From IMG/VR virus record IMGVR_UViG_3300046171_000138: a stretch of 64,000 bases of DNA; one strand, given 5' to 3'. The translations under genes and the position numbers were made by a program. Source of the stretch: a virus. Shown one piece after another: positions 57,573-64,000 of the stretch; position 1 is the first letter of the stretch, and each line of letters begins with the position of its first letter. A model generated the notes under the pieces. That model had not been told where the DNA came from. It ran no database searches and saw only the letters and a program-made list of their open reading frames with translations.

Positions 57573-58948
57573 GTGATAATAACCAAGAGTTTCCGTATGC
57601 CTCTAGTTTAAAACTAGAAGAGGCAACTATTACTGGTCTAGATGGAACTGAAGTGCCACTAACAGGGTTGATCAAAAGTTTTCAATACTTTGAAGACATT
57701 GACATGCCAAGTATTTCTGTCAACCTAGACATCGTTGACAACGCAGCAAATATTATTTCTTCTCTTCCTATTTCTGGATACGAGAATGTTGAACTGGTAT
57801 TTGGTGCTGCTGATGAAGAACTATTGACACTGAACATGAAGGTGTCAAAGATATACAATCGCTTTTCTGCAGATAGGTATCAAGAGTATTCTCTTGGGTT
57901 GGTTTCTAATGAACTGTTAGTCAATGAAACTACTAGATTAGGAGAAAGGCTATCAGGTAAAGCAGAAGGCATTGTATCTCAACTAGTAACAGAAAAGTTA
58001 GGAACTGCAAAGAGACTTCTCAATGATCCTTCTATGTTTAAGGTAACTTTCTTGCCAGGTAAGAAGACACCTTTCTCTATTATCAGCTCGTTGAAAGAGA
58101 GAACTGTACCTGAAGATAAGAAGACATTTCCTTCAGGTTCTAGTACAACATCAGAATTACAAATATCAAAGGGTAGTGCAGGGTATTACTTCTACGAAAA
58201 CTATGATGGATATCATTTTAGATCAATTGACTCACTAAACTCTATCGAAACTAATCCACCTGTGGAGACATTCTTTCAAGAGAATGATCAACTCAATCAA
58301 CAGAATGCTCGCCGTAAAATCCTTGACATTGACTTCCAACAGGAGATTGACATCTTATCCAAGTTGAGAATGGGTACGTTCTCTAATGTTATTTGTTTCT
58401 ATAACTATAGCACTGGTACTTACGAAGAGTATGTTTATAATTTAGGTGATCGCTTTGATGACATGGAGCATCTAGGATCCCAGTCTGGTCTTGCTAAAGG
58501 TCAGGCTGATCTTGCAGCAACTCCTAGTAGAATCATGTCTGTGTTGATGGATCATGAGACTTGGTTTGATGGTGTGGAAGTAGCATCACCAGAGAAACCA
58601 GATGGTGGTAAGAAGAACACAGCAGAGTTTCCTGATTGGCAGAAGTATGTCGTAGCGCAGTCGATTGCTAGAAAACAATCACAGAACAACCAGCAAGTCT
58701 TTATTCAAATACCTTTCCGACCAGATCTACGTGCGGGACAGACAGTTGAGATTATGATTCCTAATAACATTCCTTCATCAGAAAGAGAAGAGAATGACAT
58801 TTATGACAAGGAACATAGCGGTGCTTATTTGATTGCAAAACTACAGCACTCCGCTGATGTTTTGAATGCAAAAGCAAATACATATCTTACTTTAGTAAGG
58901 GATTCTTATGGCATGCCAGACGAACCCTCTGATGTAGAGACTAAATAA
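57569..58948 (+). CDS. baseplate hub protein (gp27-like)
   Basis: FQYFEDI, YYFYENYDGYHFRSIDSL, LRAGQTV, SGAYLI..L.H. Confidence 0.7.
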   Translation: MSDNNQEFPYASSLKLEEATITGLDGTEVPLTGLIKSFQYFEDIDMPSISVNLDIVDNAANIISSLPISGYENVELVFGAADEELLTLNMKVSKIYNRFSADRYQEYSLGLVSNELLVNETTRLGERLSGKAEGIVSQLVTEKLGTAKRLLNDPSMFKVTFLPGKKTPFSIISSLKERTVPEDKKTFPSGSSTTSELQISKGSAGYYFYENYDGYHFRSIDSLNSIETNPPVETFFQENDQLNQQNARRKILDIDFQQEIDILSKLRMGTFSNVICFYNYSTGTYEEYVYNLGDRFDDMEHLGSQSGLAKGQADLAATPSRIMSVLMDHETWFDGVEVASPEKPDGGKKNTAEFPDWQKYVVAQSIARKQSQNNQQVFIQIPFRPDLRAGQTVEIMIPNNIPSSEREENDIYDKEHSGAYLIAKLQHSADVLNAKANTYLTLVRDSYGMPDEPSDVETK

Positions 58949-58964
58949 AAATAAAAGTATTGGT

Positions 58965-61900
58965 ATGGATCCAGTTCTATCGTCATTTATATCGACTAAT
59001 CAGATAGGCGCTGATGGTTTCAACTGGTGGATCGGACAGGTTGAGACAGGGAGAGAAAGCGACCCTAAAAAGTCTGGTAGATATCGTGTGCGTATTGTTG
59101 GCGTACATTTAAGAGAAGGTCAGAAGACACCGACAGAGCAACTACCATGGGCAAACGTAGTTATGCCTGTGACCACGCCATTCAGTGATGGTGGTGTGAC
59201 TGGCGCTACAGCAGAGCTGCGAGCAGGTAACTGGGTCATTGGTTTCTTCCTTGACAATGATAAGCAGAGACCTATCATCATGGGGTCTGTTGGGCACACT
59301 GCTGGTGCTACTGTCATCGACAATGATGACCCAGTTGCTGGTGGCGACGGATCTAGAAATCTTAAAACTGTTACTAGTAGTCAAGCCAAAGCAGTAGCAC
59401 ATTACCCTCAAAATGCTCAAGATGGAAAGGATCCAGAGACTGGTGCTAACATTAAAGGTGGTGAAGTAGCGGCAGCGGATCGTATAAACCCTCCTGCTAT
59501 TATTATGGCACTACGTGGCAAGCATAGTGAAACCAATCCTACTGGATCCCAGAACTGTGTTACTATTGCTAACCCCAAGTGCGGTACGGAGAGTAACTTC
59601 GGTAAGCAGGTACAGAATATCATTGGTGATATGCTTGCTGCTAACCAAGCATCTGGTGGACAGTTAGGTGACTTCTATGTCAGTAAAATCAATGGATTCT
59701 TGTATGATAAAGTATCTATTGCAAGACATCATATTGGTAGGGTTACTAAACTTGTCCGTAGTCTGATGGGTCGTGCCCAGTCAGAGATTATTAGGAATCT
59801 ACGTGAGGGTATCAAAAACCTAGTTAATGGTCTCCTAGGCATTCAAGGAGCACTTCAACTGAAGGAGCAAGTACCTGCAGATCCAAAAGTAACAAAGAAG
59901 AGTATTGGTAAGAAAGGTCGTCTATTAGACGGTGTGCAGAAAGTTCTTGATCAAATTCTTAAGGCACTTGGATGTTCTATTGAGAATATCACTGACATGT
60001 TGGCAAGATTCTTAACAAATCTGCTGTTCGACTTCATCATGGATGTGTTCTCTCCTGCTGCTTGTGCTGTCATCAACCTAGTTGAGGGTATCGTCAACAA
60101 AATTCTAGAACTTCTGGAAGGTTTAATCAGTAGTATATTAGGACCACTGCAAAGTATATTAGGAATATTAGCATCACCTCTAAACATGATTGGTGGTGCT
60201 ATCGGAAAGGTAATGTCATTCCTAGGTATCTCATGTAGTGGTCCTAGTAGTAGCTGTCCAAAGTCAACTGTTGTATGTACTGACTGCAGTAAAGATGATG
60301 AGGATGATTGGTTAGACAATCTTCTAGACAATCTTGCCGATGGTGATACTGGAGAAAGATTCTATTGCGAAGAGTCAGCTGATTACTTGGATCCCAAACC
60401 AACCAGGATTATTTTTGTTGGTGGTATTCCTAACGAACCTATTCCTATTCCCAACCAAGATCCAGTACCTCCTGGTCCTGGTAGAGAGGACACACCGCCA
60501 TTCAATCCAGATCTTGTACCAATTAATGACGACGATGATGATGGACCTGAATTGCCTGATGAAGACGATGATGATTTCCCAAATATCTTTCCAGATGACG
60601 ACGATGACGGTGATGATGATGTGGTGTTGCCTATCACATTTGATGGTAGTAGAGTATACTCTGTCATTGTAGATCCAACTATTGTAGCTGGCGGTGGGAC
60701 AGTAACATATACTATCAATACTTCCAACGTACCTAGTGGTAGTGTATTGACATATGCATTGACTGGTGATATAGTAGAAGAATATATTAATGCTACTAAC
60801 CCATCTTTGATAGGAACTCTTAAGGTTACTGAATTTGAGACTCTTACTCAAGAGTTTCTTGACGAAAATGGAGATTTACAAACTATTGACATTCCACGTT
60901 GTAGTGCTACGGTATCTCTTCCTATGAATGAGGATATCGAATTGAATGATTCTCAAACATTCAGATTTACTCTGTTTGACCCAGGAAATTCAAGTCTGTC
61001 TGATGATAACTTTGATACTGGATCGTTTGCTGATGTAGACATTGCAGCAGACTATGAGTCAACTATATTCCCTGATAGACCAGAGAATGCTGTTGAAGAT
61101 CCTACTATCTCTGTTACCAGCGACAAACTTGCATATATTGAGGGAGAAGACATCATCTTTACTGTTACCAGTACAAATATCCCTGATCGTACAGAATTTA
61201 ACTGGATTATTATTGGTGATGTTGACTCCAATGATTTTGTTGGTGGTACTACTGCAGGATCGTTTAAGATTGTTGACAACACAGCACAAGTTGTTGTTGG
61301 TATCTTGGATGATGAAAGAAAAGAACCTGCGGAACAATTAACATTCCAGATTCTAGGAACTGAAGCATCAACTAATGCAACAATCTTCTCTAGTGGTGGA
61401 TTTGAAGATCTTACTGGCGATGGTATTGATGATGCTGATAATGCGAACACACCTGATCCATATGTTCCGAACAAGCCAAGGGCAGGCAATCCTATTACTG
61501 GTGGCGATGGATCTATTGTTAGTATTCCCATCACAGACACGGGTGAGTCATATGCTGAAGCACCTCAAGTCATCGTTTCTGGTGAAGGATTTGGTGCTAC
61601 TGCTATTGCTCTTCTAGATACCAAAGGATTTGTTTCTGAAGTTAGAGTTACTAGATCTGGTTTAGGATACAAGCGTAATCTTGCAACTACAAATGACGTA
61701 CAATGTATCATTGATTCGTTTACTCTCATTTCTCCAGGTATTAGATATACGTCTGCTCCAAAGGTATACATAGATGGTAAGGAAGGCAGAGCAACTGCTA
61801 TCATTGACGATAGAGGTTATGTTACCTCTGTTCAAATTAAAGATAGAACAACAACATATGAAAAATCACCAATTATTAAATTAATTGGTGGCGGAGGATC

Positions 61901-62003
61901 TGGTGCTATTGTGTTACCAAACATGATCTGTCTCTCCTCCGAAGATCTTAACAGCAGAGGACTTGTTAAGATCGGAACTGGTCTCTATATTGATTGCCCA
62001 TAA
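58965..62003 (+). CDS. g5: baseplate spike/hub protein (gp5 N-terminal OB fold) with long beta-rich extension
   Basis: WWIGQVE..DP..SGRYRVRIVG.H, LPWA, WVIGFFLD..QRPIIMGS. Confidence 0.8.
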   Translation: MDPVLSSFISTNQIGADGFNWWIGQVETGRESDPKKSGRYRVRIVGVHLREGQKTPTEQLPWANVVMPVTTPFSDGGVTGATAELRAGNWVIGFFLDNDKQRPIIMGSVGHTAGATVIDNDDPVAGGDGSRNLKTVTSSQAKAVAHYPQNAQDGKDPETGANIKGGEVAAADRINPPAIIMALRGKHSETNPTGSQNCVTIANPKCGTESNFGKQVQNIIGDMLAANQASGGQLGDFYVSKINGFLYDKVSIARHHIGRVTKLVRSLMGRAQSEIIRNLREGIKNLVNGLLGIQGALQLKEQVPADPKVTKKSIGKKGRLLDGVQKVLDQILKALGCSIENITDMLARFLTNLLFDFIMDVFSPAACAVINLVEGIVNKILELLEGLISSILGPLQSILGILASPLNMIGGAIGKVMSFLGISCSGPSSSCPKSTVVCTDCSKDDEDDWLDNLLDNLADGDTGERFYCEESADYLDPKPTRIIFVGGIPNEPIPIPNQDPVPPGPGREDTPPFNPDLVPINDDDDDGPELPDEDDDDFPNIFPDDDDDGDDDVVLPITFDGSRVYSVIVDPTIVAGGGTVTYTINTSNVPSGSVLTYALTGDIVEEYINATNPSLIGTLKVTEFETLTQEFLDENGDLQTIDIPRCSATVSLPMNEDIELNDSQTFRFTLFDPGNSSLSDDNFDTGSFADVDIAADYESTIFPDRPENAVEDPTISVTSDKLAYIEGEDIIFTVTSTNIPDRTEFNWIIIGDVDSNDFVGGTTAGSFKIVDNTAQVVVGILDDERKEPAEQLTFQILGTEASTNATIFSSGGFEDLTGDGIDDADNANTPDPYVPNKPRAGNPITGGDGSIVSIPITDTGESYAEAPQVIVSGEGFGATAIALLDTKGFVSEVRVTRSGLGYKRNLATTNDVQCIIDSFTLISPGIRYTSAPKVYIDGKEGRATAIIDDRGYVTSVQIKDRTTTYEKSPIIKLIGGGGSGAIVLPNMICLSSEDLNSRGLVKIGTGLYIDCP

Positions 62004-63112
62004 TGCCATCACATCCATCAAATCATACTGATAATCAACACCAAGGTGCTAGTTCAGGGCAACCTGTTAAAGAACCTGCTGGTGGTAGAACATCTGCAGT
62101 ATCAGAAGATGAATTTTGTTCAGCAAAACCAACAGTTCACTGGGTGTCTGATGGTTGGACATGCATGAGTTGGGAGGGTGCTGACGGGCAACCAGGAGGT
62201 TATACCGTTACTAATGGGCAAAGTGCCATGTTCTTTGATGAGAACGGCAACATGACCTTCTCTACTGGCGTTCCAGGTCAGGCAGGTTGTGGTGGTAAAT
62301 TAATTCTCAATACTGGTGATCAATTACACAAAGCTAGTGGATCAATTGCAATTCAAGCAACTGGTGGAACATCGGAACGCACAGGATCTGGTAGAACAGG
62401 AACAGGTTCTGCCTCAAAATCAGATCCTGCATACTCTGTCTTTGCCGAAGGAGGGGTTGCTATTGAAGCACAGGGAGATGAGTGTGGTATTAAGGGGGAT
62501 AACGTTATCATCCATGCTATTAAGACATTAACTCTTAAAGCAGGTGAAGTTGTTAACATTGAGGTTGGTGATGGTAGCGGTAAGTTCAATGTATTTGCAG
62601 GTGATATCACCTTTGATGCAGAATTTTTGAACGAAAATATTGATGGTCGTAAGATTACAAAAGGATCTGGTGAAGTTGTTGTTGATCAACAGACTAAACC
62701 TGGTGCTACCCATGTTATTAACTCTGTTGGTACTGTTACTCATAGAATTCAAGGTAATTATGAAGTCGATGCTAGGGGACGTTATCGTGTTAGAGCATTA
62801 GGTAACCTTAACTTCGAGTCTACAACTGGTGGAATGTATACCAAGCTGGCTGGAGCATCTTATAGCACAATTTTTGGTCCAAAAGAAGAGAAAATTGTCG
62901 GTCTTAAAGGACCAGCCGCTACAACTGATCCAACACAAACATATAAACTTGATCTGGGACCGAATGCGATGGGTATGGTGATGAAATCTGCTGGTGGTAT
63001 TGGTGTCACTGCTTCAATCGGTAATAGTTTCTTCATTAATAAAGTAGGTACATTGAATGTAACTGCAGGTGGTACGATGACTGTAAAAGCACTGTCAATT
63101 TTCCTCAACTGA
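62003..63112 (+). CDS. gp5-C-like beta-helix spike protein
   Basis: Gly/Ser-rich short beta repeats; follows g5 with TAATG overlap. Confidence 0.6.
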   Translation: MPSHPSNHTDNQHQGASSGQPVKEPAGGRTSAVSEDEFCSAKPTVHWVSDGWTCMSWEGADGQPGGYTVTNGQSAMFFDENGNMTFSTGVPGQAGCGGKLILNTGDQLHKASGSIAIQATGGTSERTGSGRTGTGSASKSDPAYSVFAEGGVAIEAQGDECGIKGDNVIIHAIKTLTLKAGEVVNIEVGDGSGKFNVFAGDITFDAEFLNENIDGRKITKGSGEVVVDQQTKPGATHVINSVGTVTHRIQGNYEVDARGRYRVRALGNLNFESTTGGMYTKLAGASYSTIFGPKEEKIVGLKGPAATTDPTQTYKLDLGPNAMGMVMKSAGGIGVTASIGNSFFINKVGTLNVTAGGTMTVKALSIFLN

Positions 63113-63179
63113 AAATCGACCTTCGGTTACAGAAATTGCGAAAAAAAATCGCCCCCAAAAAATCTCCAAAAAGGTTGAT
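63110..63179 (+). repeat. dispersed ~65-nt A-tract element, copy 3
   Basis: ATCGACCTT...AAGGTTGAT imperfect IR; followed by CTAAATA 63184. Confidence 0.7.
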
Positions 63180-63213
63180 GTAACTAAATACTAAAGGGAA
63201 ATTGAGTGAGAGT

Positions 63214-63528
63214 ATGCTATCTACACAATACCGACTACGACTGGAATTTATTTGTAAACGTATAGCAAATAATGACGATGTAAAACTAGATGACATGATT
63301 TGGGCACAAAAATTAGCAAAAGCAAACACATCTGCTAATGAGATGTTAAAAATGGCAAGACGCCAAGCTGCTCAAGATATTCAAGAAGGAAGCACTGATG
63401 ATTTTCTGAATAGGATGGGTTTAGGAGATCCCGATCCATCCAACCATAAGAAGGGATTCACTGATGCTGATGATATTAAGGATTGGTTTCAGCAAGATAA
63501 ACCCTCGGATTGGAGGCAACGTGACTGA
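63214..63528 (+). CDS. conserved hypothetical protein
   Basis: MLSTQYRLRLEFIC...LGDPDP...DWRQRD; late promoter upstream. Confidence 0.75.
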   Translation: MLSTQYRLRLEFICKRIANNDDVKLDDMIWAQKLAKANTSANEMLKMARRQAAQDIQEGSTDDFLNRMGLGDPDPSNHKKGFTDADDIKDWFQQDKPSDWRQRD

Positions 63529-63652
63529 TTATGTTTGTATCGCTACATGGGACCCTATTTTTGAGATGATGCGCTATCATTGGGTACATAAGTCTGAAAA
63601 GGATCCTGTGCAATTTGTGAAAAACCTCAACCCAGAGCAAGAAGTGCTATGA
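63521..63652 (+). CDS. small hypothetical protein
   Basis: GGAGG SD, GTG start. Confidence 0.6.
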   Translation: MTDYVCIATWDPIFEMMRYHWVHKSEKDPVQFVKNLNPEQEVL

Positions 63653-63855
63653 CAATTAAGATCACTCCTCAAACATATATTGATATGAATAAGGAATTTG
63701 AAGATGATAATATACCTTTTAGAATTGCTATTCCCACACAACAAGTAATTGATGAGTGGGCATCTACAACAGCGCCACATTATCAGGCACCACCAGCAGT
63801 AGATATGGTTCAAGAAATGTGGGATGCTATTGGAGGACGCCCTGATGAAAAATGA
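63649..63855 (+). CDS. hypothetical protein
   Basis: 68-aa ORF, ATGA overlap. Confidence 0.6.
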   Translation: MTIKITPQTYIDMNKEFEDDNIPFRIAIPTQQVIDEWASTTAPHYQAPPAVDMVQEMWDAIGGRPDEK

Positions 63856-64000
63856 GAATGATGAAAAGTTTGCACTTGAAATACAACTAGATAATATATG
63901 CAGAATATTAGGTGGTGAAGCAAAGTATTATTTCTGTTCTAGTAAAAACACAACTCATAGAAAACTGGTAATCGAATATGAACACAGCAGTAATCTACAG
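63845..64000 (+). CDS. hypothetical protein, runs off window end
   Basis: GGAGG SD; MKNENDEKFALEIQLDNICRILGG... Confidence 0.55.
   Translation, partial: MKNENDEKFALEIQLDNICRILGGEAKYYFCSSKNTTHRKLVIEYEHSSNLQ

Noticed and set aside
60500-60630. GAT/GAC-rich stretch as a possible non-coding microsatellite
   Set aside because: In-frame poly-Asp linker of gp5
63105-63329. 74-aa minus-strand ORF across repeat copy 3
   Set aside because: Overlaps two plus-strand genes, and the other repeat copies do not preserve a matching frame

Overview
64-kb segment of a T4-like cyanomyovirus genome, probably infecting marine Synechococcus (inferred from psbA+psbD, petF, tRNAs and a cyanobacterial-type tmRNA). 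It contains, in order: a vWA/CobS-like AAA+ pair; the replication module (gp45, gp44, dam, gp62, regA, hsp20, gp43, uvsX, gp41, mazG); a late block of virion-associated and unknown genes; gp61 and nrdAB; a membrane/exported-protein island; an RNA and auxiliary-metabolism island (two-piece tmRNA, tRNA-Arg, tRNA-Val, talC, manA-like RNA, OMP-like gene, two hli, psbA, petF, psbD, glutaredoxin); rnh, thyX, phoH, gp33, gp32; and a baseplate/tail module (gp53, gp48, gp2, gp4, gp54-like, gp26, gp51, two tape-measure-like paralogues, hub, gp5). Most notable: (1) a circularly permuted tmRNA with tag ANNIVAFSRSTVAA; (2) two glutamine-II-like riboswitch aptamers with complementary loops, one enclosing a whole 55-codon ORF, upstream of a DUF4278 gene; (3) two candidate -1 ribosomal frameshift cassettes (17373 and gp26/gp51); (4) a ~65-nt A-tract element with terminal inverted repeats present three times; (5) a nuclease-like gene whose SD is hidden in a hairpin that contains a late promoter; (6) a ligase-fold protein coupled to an HxGH nucleotidyltransferase. 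Family assignments come from motif recognition and gene order only; no database searches were run.
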